64,000 nucleotides of DNA, from assembly GCA_040285855.1 (NCBI GenBank), contig JAUFOQ010000010.1:372001-436000 (forward strand). Direction: 5' to 3'. The notes beneath the pieces are model-generated. The model had not been told where the DNA came from, searched no databases, and worked only from the letters and a program-made list of their open reading frames with translations. Positions 26,578-38,800 of the stretch are shown here, piece by piece (positions within the stretch are counted from its first letter, which is position 1; each line of letters starts with the position of its first letter). Origin of the DNA: Eukaryota sp. GEM-RC1 (lineage: Eukaryota). Both the position numbers and the translations under genes were made by a program.

Positions 26578-27408
26578 GTCGTCTTTAAGCCAAAGATCAG
26601 CGAAAAATTCACTACCACCACTTCAACCCTTCTCAACAACCAATCTAATATCATCTCCTCTTTAAATGAAGAACTGTTCTCCATCCACTCCGATGCTTCT
26701 CGTCGTTTGACCTCTCTTTCCGTTGATTCGGAGTCTAGTGTTGCTTCTGCTAGGCTTCTAGAAGACCCTCCTTTACCAATCAAGTGCATTGAAAGTGTCT
26801 GCCCTGTACAACAAGTTGAAGAGAAGAAACTTGTTATTGATTGGAGCAAGCTTAGCTCTAAGTTGAAGAGTTGTTATGATCAAATGGTGAGAAATGAGGT
26901 TTCTACGATCAATCTAGACAGCAACTCAATTGGTAATGAAGGCGCTATTGCAATTGCTGAAGCTTTGAAGGTGAATTCTTCACTTTCTACGATCAATCTA
27001 GACAGCAACTCAATTGGTAATGAAGGCGCTATTGCAATTGCTGAAGCTTTGAAGGTGAATTCTTCACTTTCTACGATCAATCTAAATAACAACTCAATTG
27101 GTAATGAAGGCGCTATTGCAATTGCTGAAGCTTTGAAGGTGAATTCTTCACTTTCTACGATCTATCTATATAACAACTCAATTGGTACTGAAGGCGCTAT
27201 TGCAATTGCTGAAGCTTTGAAGGTGAATTCTTCACTTTCTACGATCAATCTAAATAACAACTCAATTGGTAATGAAGGCGCTATTGCAATTGCTGAAGCT
27301 TTGAAGGTGAATTCTTCACTTTCTACGATCAATCTAAATAACAACTCAATCAACAGTCAAACACAACAGTCGTTAAAATCTCTACACCAGAACAGAGTGT
27401 ATTTTTAG
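26578..27408 (+). pseudogene. 5'-truncated LRR cassette 3 (6 strands)
   Basis: Same 5' breakpoint; frame open to the native stop. Confidence 0.85.
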
Positions 27409-28300
27409 ACATGTTTTTCTTGGATATAAAGATCACATTTTTCAATCACAAATAATTTCTTATCAGAAACACCATTATTAAACGATGTATGTATAAAACA
27501 CTTCAAAAATGATTTAGCTCAGAACAATCATTGTCCCGAACAAAACTCAGAAGTGACTCACCACAGATAATCAAATATCATGGCTGTTTAGCAGATGTTG
27601 AGATACATATTTTAACTACTACTCTGGTGAGTAACACACATCATATTTACTCAGCTGGTGCTTTTGCGATTGTTCCCAATAACACCAGACATTTATTAGT
27701 ATCTGAAATAGTGTTTATACTATATACTTACCAATATTTGGAATTGCCAACATTCAATCTCATTATTAACACGACTATATTATCCTTTGAGAAGCTTCAC
27801 TGTCAATATATGATGCTTGGATTATTCTCAGTGATGATTCATATACGTGTTTTTGCATTTTTTCAGTAAATCTGACAGTGATAGACAAAGAATTACCAAA
27901 ACTGTTTCATTGAATATTGCAGTCAATAGCAAGAACACAAATGGCGGCGTTGAATTTACGAAGACTCAGTGAAACTATTTTGCTTTCTGCAGTTTTTACA
28001 TAGGCAAGTAAAAGCTATTGAAATTAAAGAGTATGAATTTGTAATCTTTGTTAACTGATTGTTGAGAATTTATTCGCAAATTACAGATATTTTACCAGAA
28101 GAAAGAGTGTATATATAGACTTTTTTAATACTGGTTAGAAGTAATATTAATATTTTGTCTTTGTGTCAAGACACAAAACCGGTTTTTGTACATCTTAACT
28201 TATGTAACATATACTAGGTGACACAGCAGTGGATATTTATTCTGTAGACTATCTGAAAAACACAAAACGTAATTGATAAGGCTTTGAAGAAACACGCGGA

Positions 28301-29047
28301 GTCGTCTTTAAGCCAAAGATCAGCGAAAAATTCACTACCACCACTTCAACCCTTCTCAACAACCAATCTAATATCATCTCCTCTTTAAATGAAGAACTGT
28401 TCTCCATCCACTCCGATGCTTCTCGTCGTTTGACCTCTCTTTCCGTTGATTCGGAGTCTAGTGTTGCTTCTGCTAGGCTTCTAGAAGACCCTCCTTTACC
28501 AATCAAGTGCATTGAAAGTGTCTGCCCTGTACAACAAGTTGAAGAGAAGAAACTTGTTATTGATTGGAGCAAGCTTAGCTCTAAGTTGAAGAGTTGTTAT
28601 GATCAAATGGTGAGAAATGAGGTTTCTACGATCAATCTAGACAGCAACTCAATTGGTAATGAAGGCGCTATTGCAATTGCTGAAGCTTTGAAGGTGAATT
28701 CTTCACTTTCTACGATCAATCTAAATAACAACTCAATTGGTAATGAAGGCGCTATTGCAATTGCTGAAGCTTTGAAGGTGAATTCTTCACTTTCTACGAT
28801 CTATCTATATAACAACTCAATTGGTACTGAAGGCGCTATTGCAATTGCTGAAGCTTTGAAGGTGAATTCTTCACTTTCTACGATCAATCTAAATAACAAC
28901 TCAATTGGTAATGAAGGCGCTATTGCAATTGCTGAAGCTTTGAAGGTGAATTCTTCACTTTCTACGATCAATCTAAATAACAACTCAATCAACAGTCAAA
29001 CACAACAGTCGTTAAAATCTCTACACCAGAACAGAGTGTATTTTTAG
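28301..29047 (+). pseudogene. 5'-truncated LRR cassette 4 (5 strands)
   Basis: Same 5' breakpoint; frame open to the native stop. Confidence 0.85.
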
Positions 29048-29938
29048 ACATGTTTTTCTTGGATATAAAGATCACATTTTTCAATCACAAATAATTTCTT
29101 ATCAGAAACACCATTATTAAACGATGTATGTATAAAACACTTCAAAATGATTTAGCTCAGAACAATCATTGTCCCGAACAAAACTCAGAAGTGACTCACC
29201 ACAGATAATCAAATATCATGGCTGTTTAGCTGATGTTGAGATACATATTTTAACTACTACTCTGGTGAGTAACACACATCATATTTACTCAGCTGGTGCT
29301 TTTGCGATTGTTCCCAATAACACCAGACATTTATTAGTATCTGAAATAGTGTTTATACTATATACTTACCAATATTTGGAATTGCCAACATTCAATCTCA
29401 TTATTAACACGACTATATTATCCTTTGAGAAGCTTCACTGTCAATATATGATGCTTGGATTATTCTCAGTGATGATTCATATACGTGTTTTTGCATTTTT
29501 TCAGTAAATCTGACAGTGATAGACAAAGAATTACCAAAACTGTTTCATTGAATATTGCAGTCAATAGCAAGAACACAAATGGCGGCGTTGAATTTACGAA
29601 GACTCAGTGAAACTATTTTGCTTTCTGCAGTTTTTACATAGGCAAGTAAAAGCTATTGAAATTAAAGAGTATGAATTTGTAATCTTTGTTAACTGATTGT
29701 TGAGAATTTATTCGCAAATTACAGATATTTTACCAGAAGAAAGAGTGTATATATAGACTTTTTTAATACTGGTTAGAAGTAATATTAATATTTTGTCTTT
29801 GTGTCAAGACACAAAACCGGTTTTTGTACATCTTAACTTATGTAACATATACTAGGTGACACAGCAGTGGATATGTATTCTGTAGACTATCTGAAAAACA
29901 CAAAACGTAATTGATAAGGCTTTGAAGAAACACGCGGA

Positions 29939-31357
29939 GTTGTCTTTAAGCCAAAGATCAGCGAAAAATTCACTACCACCACTTCAACCCTTCTCAACAA
30001 CCAATCTAATATCATCTCCTCTTTAAATGAAGAACTGTTCTCCATCCACTCCGATGCTTCTCGTCGTTTGACCTCTCTTTCCGTTGATTCGGAGTCTAGT
30101 GTTGCTTCTGCTAGGCTTCTAGAAGACCCTCCTTTACCAATCAAGTGCATTGAAAGTGTCTGCCCTGTACAACAAGTTGAAGAGAAGAAACTTGTTATTG
30201 ATTGGAGCAAGCTTAGCTCTAAGTTGAAGAGTTGTTATGATCAAATGGTGAGAAATGAGGTTTCTACGATCAATCTAAATAACAACTCAATTGGTACTGA
30301 AGGCGCTATTGCAATTGCTGAAGCTTTGAAGGTGAATTCTTCACTTTCTACGATCTATCTATATAACAACTCAATTGGTACTGAAGGCGCTATTGCAATT
30401 GCTGAAGCTTTGAAGGTGAATTCTTCACTTTCTACGATCAATCTAAATAACAACTCAATTGGTAATGAAGGCGCTATTGCAATTGCTGAAGCTTTGAAGG
30501 TGAATTCTTCACTTTCTACGATCAATCTAAATAACAACTCAATTGGTACTGAAGGCGCTATTGCAATTGCTGAAGCTTTGAAGGTGAATTCTTCACTTTC
30601 TACGATCTATCTAGATAACAACTCAATTGGTACTGAAGGCGCTATTGCAATTGCTGAAGCTTTGAAGGTGAATTCTTCACTTTCTAGAATCGATCTAAAT
30701 AACAACTCAATTGGTAATGAAGGCGCTATTGCAATTGCTGAAGCTTTGAAGGTGAATTCTTCACTTTCTACGATCAATCTAAATAACAACTCAATTGGTA
30801 ATGAAGGCGCTATTGCAATTGCTGAAGCTTTGAAGGTGAATTCTTCACTTTCTACGATCTATCTATATAACAACTCAATTGGTACTGAAGGCGCTATTGC
30901 AATTGCTGAAGCTTTGAAGGTGAATTCTTCACTTTCTACGATCAATCTAAATAACAACTCAATTGGTAATGAAGGCGCTATTGCAATTGCTGAAGCTTTG
31001 AAGGTGAATTCTTCACTTTCTACGATCGGTCTATCTAACAACTCAATTGGTAATGAAGGCGCTATTGCAATTGCTGAAGCTTTGAAGGTGAATTCTTCAC
31101 TTTCTACGATCGGTCTATCTAACAACTCAATTGGTAATGAAGGCGCTATTGCAATTGCTGAAGCTTTGAAGGTGAATTCTTCACTTTCTACGATCGGTCT
31201 ATCTAACAACTCAATTGGTAATGAAGGCGCTATTGCAATTGCTGAAGCTTTGAAGGTGAATTCTTCACTTTCTACGATCAATCTAAATAACAACTCAATC
31301 AACAGTCAAACACAACAGTCGTTAAAATCTCTACACCAGAACAGAGTGTATTTTTAG
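29939..31357 (+). pseudogene. 5'-truncated LRR cassette 5 (13 strands)
   Basis: Same 5' breakpoint; includes the unique TIGLSNN x3 and RIDLNNN strands; frame open. Confidence 0.85.
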
Positions 31358-32248
31358 ACATGTTTTTCTTGGATATAAAGATCACATTTTTCAATCACAA
31401 ATAATTTCTTATCAGAAACACCATTATTAAACGATGTATGTATAAAACACTTCAAAAATGATTTAGCTCAGAACAATCATTGTCCCGAACAAAACTCAGA
31501 AGTGACTCACCACAGATAATCAAATATCATGGCTGTTTAGCAGATGTTGAGATACATATTTTAACTACTACTCTGGTGAGTAACACACATCATATTTACT
31601 CAGCTGGTGCTTTTTCGATTGTTCCCAATAACACCAGACATTTTTTAGTATCTGAAATAGTGTTTATACTATATACTTACCAATATTTGGAATTGCCAAC
31701 ATTCAATCTCATTATTAACACGACTATATTATCCTTTGAGAAGCTTCACTGTCAATATATGATGCTTGGATTATTCTCAGTGATGATTTATATACGTGTT
31801 TTTGCATTTTTCAGTAAATCTGACAGTGATAGACAAAGAATTACCAAAACTGTTTCATTGAATATTGCAGTCAATAGCAAGAACACAAATGGCGGCGTTG
31901 AATTTACGAAGACTCAGTGAAACTATTTTGCTTTCTGCAATTTTTACATAGGCAAGTAAAAGCTATTGAAATTAAAGAGTATGAATTTGTAATCTTTGTG
32001 AACTGATTGTTGAGAATTTATTCGCAAATTACAGATATTTTACCAGAAGAAAGAGTGTATATATAGACTTTTTTAATACTGGTTAGAAGTAATATTATTA
32101 TTTTGTCTTTGTGTCAAGACACAAAACCGGTTTTTGTACATCTTAACTTATGTAACATATACTAGGTGACATAGCAGTGGATATGTATTCTGTAGACTAT
32201 CTGAAAAACACAAAACGTAATTGATAAGGCTTTGAAGAAACACGCGGA

Positions 32249-33891
32249 GTCGGCTTTAAGCCAAAGATCAGCGAAAAATTCACTACCACCACTTCAACCC
32301 TTCTCAACAACCAATCTAATATCATCTCCTCTTTAAATGAAGAACTTTTCTCCATCCACTCCGATGTTTCTCGTCGTTTGACCTCTCTTTCCGTTGATTC
32401 GGAGTCTAGTGTTGCTTCTGCTAGGCTTCTAGAAGACCCTCCTTTACCAATCAAGTGCATTGAAAGTGTCTGCCCTGTACAACAAGTTGAAGAGAAGAAA
32501 CTTGTTATTGATTGGAGCAAGCTTAGCTCTAAGTTGAAGAGTTGTTATGATCAAATGGTGAGAAATGAGGTTTCTACGATCTATCTAGACAGCAACTCAA
32601 TTGGTAATGAAGGCGCTATTGCAATTGCTGAAGCTTTGAAGGTGAATTCTTCTCTTTCTACGATCAATCTATATAACAACTCAATTGGTAATGAAGGCGC
32701 TATTGCAATTGCTGAAGCTTTGAAGGTGAATTCTTCTCTTTCTACGATCAATCTATATAACAACTCAATTGGTAATGAAGGCGCTATTGCAATTGCTGAA
32801 GCTTTGAAGGTGAATTCTTCACTTTCAACCATAGTTGCAAAATACAAAATACAGTATTTTTTTGTATTCTGTATTTTTTCTGTATTATGTTTTGTATTTT
32901 TTTCTGGACAAGTGTATTTGTATTTTTTGTATTTATTTATCAGCCCGAAAATCCCTTTAATTGATGAAAATGACTGAAGTCATTGAGAGCAACACTCGAC
33001 AGCGGATCTTTCTGATCAATTGTACTATTGTTTGGAACAATTGGCACATGTATTATTTTAACAACTTGCAGAAATGCTAGTACAACTGTTTGCTGAATTT
33101 TCGAAACGTTCCAGTACAGTACGTCAACGGCGTATGCTAGATGACTAAAAAGTGAAACACCGACCAAAGTCAAGTAACAAAAATTTAGAAACGCTTAATA
33201 ATGTTCTTTCCAAAGAGTTGAAAAATACCAAACCATGTGAAGTTGTGCAATCTAGTTTCACTACTGTCAGTCAGTGATGAAGATTTAAAGCCCTGATGAG
33301 ACGAGCTGCACGACACTCAGATTGATCCTGTTTTGAAGATGTACGTGTAGTCTTTGGAGACTATGATTTCGAGTATATACATTTTTACCTACACTCGATG
33401 TATAAAGACGATTTACAACTAATGTGCGAGACAAAAAGTGTCCAAAGTCACATTGTAAAACTGTACGACTCCACGTCAGTTCTTTCCGTGGACCAAGTGC
33501 ACATTTGAACCCTCGGTGCATTTCAGAATCGAAATAACAATTGGGTTGATAAATGAAAAAAGTCTAAGAATGTGTACTGAAGAGGTGAACCATGATAACC
33601 CTGAAAATCAATCACGTTTGCAGTCATTGGACTCAATACACTTGGTTTAATACTTGCAATTACTAGAAAGAAAAACAATTAATACAGTATTCTGTATTGT
33701 ATTTGTATTCTGTATTCTGTATTGTATTTTTGTAAATTTATTCTGTATTTTTTGTATTCTGTATTGTATTATTTTTTTTGTCCGTGTATTTTGCAACTAT
33801 GCTTTCAACGATCTATCTACATAACAACTCAATCAACAGTCAAACACAACAGTCGTTAAAATCTCTACACCAGAACAGAGTGTATTTTTAG
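32249..33891 (+). pseudogene. 5'-truncated LRR cassette 6 (4 strands), interrupted by a hAT MITE
   Basis: The reading frame resumes after 33801 with TIYLHNNSINSQ...RVYF*. Confidence 0.85.
32830..33801. mobile_element. Non-autonomous hAT-superfamily MITE, 972 bp
   Basis: Perfect 17-bp TIR CATAGTTGCAAAATACA / TGTATTTTGCAACTATG and 8-bp TSD CTTTCAAC (32822-32829 and 33802-33809). Sub-terminal (c)tgtatt repeats; no transposase ORF. Confidence 0.95.
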
Positions 33892-34784
33892 ACATGTTTT
33901 TCTTGGATATAAAGATCACATTTTTCAATCACAAATAATTTCTTGTCAGAAACACCATAATTAAACGGTGTATGTATAAAACACTTCAAAAATGATTTAG
34001 CTCAGAACAATCATTGTCCCGAACAAAACTCAGAAGTGACTCACCACAGATAATCAAATATCATGGCTGTTTATGTAGATGTTGAGATACATATTTTAAC
34101 TACTACTCTGGTGAGTAACACACATCATATTTACTCAGCTGGTGCTTTTGCGATTGTTCTCAATAACACCAGACATTTATTAGTATCTGAAATAGTGTTT
34201 ATACTATATACTTACCAATATTGGGAATTGCCAACATTCAATCTCATTATTAACACGACTATATTATCCTTTGAGAAGCTTCACTGTCAATATATGATGC
34301 TTGGATAATTCTCAGTGATGATTCATAAACGTGTTTTTACATTTTTTCAGTAAATCTGACAGTGATAGACAAAGAATTACCAAAACTGTTTCATTGAATA
34401 TTGCAGTCAATAGCAAGAACACAAATGGCGACGTTGAATTTACGAAGACTCAGTGAAACTATTTTGCTTTCTGCAGTTTTTATATAGGCAAGTATAAGCT
34501 ATTGAAATTAAAGAGTATGAATTTGTGATCTTTGTTAACTAATTGTTGAGAATTTATTCGCAAATTGCAGATATTTTACCAGAAGAAAGAGTGTATGTAT
34601 AGACTTTTTTAATACTGGTTAGAAGTAATATTATTATTTTGTCTTTGTGTCAAGACACAAAACCGGTTTTTGTACATCTTAACTTATGTAACATATACTA
34701 GGTGACACAGCAGTGGATATGTATTCTGTAGACTATCTGAAAAACACAAAACGTAATTGATAAGGCTTTGAAGAAACACGCGGA

Positions 34785-35363
34785 GTCGTCTTTAAGCCAA
34801 AGATCAGCGAAAAATTCACTACCACCACTTCAACCCTTCTCAACAACCAATCTAATATCATCTCCTCTTTAAATGAAGAACTTTTCTCCATCCACTCCGA
34901 TGCTTCTCGTCGTTTGACCTCTCTTTCCGTTGATTCGGAGTCTAGTGTTGCTTCTGCTAGGCTTCTAGAAGACCCTCCTTTACCAATCAAGTGCATTGAA
35001 AGTGTCTGCCCTGTACAACAAGTTGAAGAGAAGAAACTTGTTATTGATTGGAGCAAGCTTAGCTCTAAGTTGAAGAGTTGTTATGATCAAATGGTGAGAA
35101 ATGAGGTTTCTACGATCGATCTAAATAACAACTCAATTGGTAATGAAGGCGCTATTGCAATTGCTGAAGCTTTGAAGGTGAATTCTTCACTTTCTACGAT
35201 CTATCTATATAACAACTCAATTGGTCCTGAAGCCGCTATTGCAATTGCTGAAGCTTTGAAGGTGAATTCGTCTGTTTCTACGATCGATCTATATAACAAC
35301 TCAATCAACAGTCAAACACAACAGTCGTTAAAATCACTGCACAAGAATAGAATTTATTTCTAA
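34785..35363 (+). pseudogene. 5'-truncated LRR cassette 7 (3 strands) with a diverged 3' end
   Basis: Same 5' breakpoint; ends HKNRIYF* (TAA). Its 3' flank is only loosely similar to the other spacers. Confidence 0.85.
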
Positions 35364-35898
35364 AGATATTTTCCTCAGATATAAAGATCACCCCATTTTC
35401 AGTCACAGAGGAACAAATATCAAAGCAGTTGAGCAGTTGTTCATATACAGATTGATTTTCAGTTTTACCTGGTAATTAAGACACGTCATATCCAAAGTTC
35501 ATTTGCTATTGTTTTCAACAACACCAGGTATTAATTAGTATCTGGAAATGATGTAACATTATACTATATGTTTCGAAATATTTGGATTCACCGACACATT
35601 TTCTCGTTATTAACACGGTTGTATTTTTTCTCAAAAACCAGCTTAATTGTTCTTGAGTTGAGTGATGCTTTGATTATTCTCAGTGATATATAATGTGTAC
35701 AGTATGCTTTTGTATGTGTTCCATCGATATTTTAGTCATGGTAATTTATTGAGTATTGGTCAAAATTAGGTTGATCGTTAGATTCTGTTTTAGTGATCTG
35801 TAATGCAATTGGAAATCTTGTCACGCAATTGTCTCAACACATAAAATAGGTCTTTGATTATCTTATGAAGAACACTCAAGTTGAGCCATCACCATATA

Positions 35899-38800
35899 GA
35901 TTAACATGTATCAATGTAATTAAGTAGCGGTGATTGTGTGGCGTCGATTGTTAAACGACATTGTGTTAGTTTCACAAAAAAAAACACATCACAACTAACA
36001 ACAATCAATGTTGATCTAATTCTTTATAGTAACTTTCAAAATGGTACAAACAAATCTTGATGATAAGCAAAGACGAATTGAATGTATAAACGAAAACCAA
36101 GAATTGACGAAATTCACAGATATGGATATACAACAGGATAAAGAAATTAGTAAAAGATCTTGATGATGTGGCCGAAGCATAATTTACCAACAATCTACAC
36201 CACACTTTGAAATAAACATGTCACAAACCTAGTTTGACAGAATCATGGATTATTCGGAATCAATATAATTGGTGTTTGATCACATTAAGTACATATACGA
36301 TTTTTTCAACTTTTGTTATTGTACAAGAATTGCATCAGAATCTACAGCACATTTACTGCACTGATCCTACATGGCAAATCTTTTTGTACGAATAGTAAAC
36401 TATTTCAATCAATCCAATTTCAAAACAACTATTATACATCCCAAAACAAAATACGCGTTGAAAGCAAAATAAAATTGGATTTGTTCAAAATGATTTGAAA
36501 ATGTAATTATAAATTGTCTGATAACTCTGAAACAATGTCAAAAACTGACAAATCGAAATTTAATTTATGAACGAAACACTATGAAAATGACTACAAAATC
36601 AGATGTTAGACTCTGTAATAAACATTCTGATGACGTCACACTGATAAAAGTTACCGACAGAGTCAAATGGTTTCTATCAGTCAAGAAAAGATAAACCCTC
36701 ACTCGTCAGAGTAGGTTAATGTGATAAATCATTTTACTCTGTCGCTCATTCCTCACTGAGAAGAACCCTAACCTTAACATAAAGGCCTATATTGGATGCT
36801 TAATACGTTATTTGATGAACTTTACTTGGGGTTCATCCCTTCTCTTAAAAGTACTCGTTTCCAGAACTCTAAACTTGCATACCAACTTGACCTCCCGTGT
36901 CATTTACAATTGAAAATTCACTCTCAAAAGATAAAAGCATTCCAACCTTCTTCAATAATTTTCTACTTCCACTTCTGATACTCAGAAGAATGGATATCCT
37001 CCCAGCACCAGTTCCAAAGTTCATTTCTATACACCGTCCAATCCTGCGTGCAACTTCTGCAAGAAACCTGGTTATTCAATAGACCACTATCCTAATCCTT
37101 TTCTGCAGAACATCCAAAGTGAACAAAAACCAAAAGTCTTACCCACAGTTAATCCTAGTAATCCAAAATACACTGCTAATAACTCCAAAAGAAGTAGACT
37201 CTTAAGGTGAAACAATTTTATTTCTAAAAAAATTCAAATGAACATTTCAAATTCACAGCCATCCTGCTTGACATGTGGGAAAGACAGCAGCAAACCAACT
37301 TATACACGTTTCACAACGCAATCAATCAAATGAGTCGAAAGACGACCCCTCATCAGTGGTCTTCTGCTACGTCATCCAATAATTCTCTTGGATTCCGTCT
37401 ATTATGAGGATCTGAGGTTTTCTGATTTTACGGGTGTTTTAGCAACGTTCCCATACTTAATTAGGAATGTTGGTTTTGTCAGTCACTGTTTTTTATTCAA
37501 CTTTTTCTTTTCGCCGACATTGGTTCTTAAAGAACAAAAAGTTCCAAAAATATCTCAAATCAATAAGAGTGACATTAAACACTGTAAGTTCCACAATTTT
37601 CATTTGTTCAAATCAATAATTAAAATAGCAGAGATTCTGTGTGATCAAAATTACTTTCGTCACCCATTGAAATCACTTTATTTATTGAATTTATAAATTC
37701 TTAACATAAATGAAACAAATACAACGACACTACACATAAACTGCAGTCATCACTTTCATTTCCTCAGTAAAACGAAGAACATATTGAAGAATTGACCTGA
37801 AAGTTTTGATTTAATAAGTATTAAATAGATTAAATGATTTTGTACTGGAAACCTTGGAAATGAAACACCCAGAAGTTTGTCCACAGATTCACTCAGATTA
37901 GAACCGTGAAAATTGTGGGAATGAGTGATTTTTGTTTTCGTACTTAAATAAGTGACACGTAGATGGTGATTTGAATCTTGCTCACCTTACAGTGCTGATG
38001 ACGTCATCAATTTATCAACCACGTGGCCATCCACAAGGACTGACCAGATCTAAAGTGATTTGGAAGAGAATAGATTGGAGACGTTGATGGGAGAAGTTCA
38101 TATGAAGCAGATCAAGGGACATAGGAAAAGCAAAGAGAAGGGATGTTCATTCAAAAGATCAAGATATCAAGTTGAGACCTGACACTGTTGTCCTGCATGC
38201 AAAGTTGTTGGGTTCAGCAGAGGGCTTCAGAGGAAAGTTAATATTCTTCTCGTTGTGGACGTAAAGTGGAGGTGTAGAATTGTAGCACAACACCTGAGTT
38301 ACAGGTAGATAGAGGAGAATCACCACGTTACTTAAAAGATGTAAGAACTGGTCTTTGTGACAAACAGCAGAAAGTTTGGGTGCTAGATTCACTTTGAGAT
38401 TAAAGTAGAAGTCTGTTTTTCTCTGGCTACATCCCATAGAAGTTCATCTTATTTCAACCAATCTCCACTTACATGTCAGATCCTTCATCACCTGGTCATC
38501 AGTTCCCTTGTGATCATGTTCATTTCCAACAATCCTTGTTGACACTGATACAATCTCACTACATCAGAAGTTACTTAAGGAACTGGAAGGATAAGAACTG
38601 GTGGTACTTTAGTAGTGTGACACAATTTCTACCGCGTTTCTTGAAAAGGTTGGTTATGTGAGTCAATATTTCTTTGAATCTTCTGTTATAGCAGTTAAGA
38701 ATTTTCTTGGGAATAACTCATTTTATGTCTGTTCTACCAATTTTCCAAGAGTTCGTTCATTTGAATCTAGTTTCGGAATAGAACTCGGTTCCATAATTCT

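Larger units (their letters stand above)
20995..35363 (+). repeat. Tandem array of 8 units (~1300 bp constant + n x 84 bp)
   Basis: Units start at 20995, 23136, 24772, 26578, 28301, 29939, 32249 and 34785. Spacings equal ~1301 + 84n (n = 10, 4, 6, 5, 4, 12, and 3 plus the MITE). Confidence 0.95.

Noticed and set aside
26508..26580. Upstream ATG in frame with cassettes 3 and 5-7 if a 12-nt GT...AG segment (gtaattgataag) were spliced out
   Set aside because: 12 nt is shorter than spliceosomal introns I know of, the frame fails in cassettes 1-2, and the ATG is mutated in cassette 4.
21318..35300. DGR-like adenine mutagenesis (most variants are NNT derivatives of AAT codons)
   Set aside because: Silent adenines (cta, tca, gca, gaa) stay almost fixed, and several variants change non-A bases (acg>aga, aat>gac, ggc>gcc). 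No RT or template repeat is visible. Selection plus recombination explains the pattern better.
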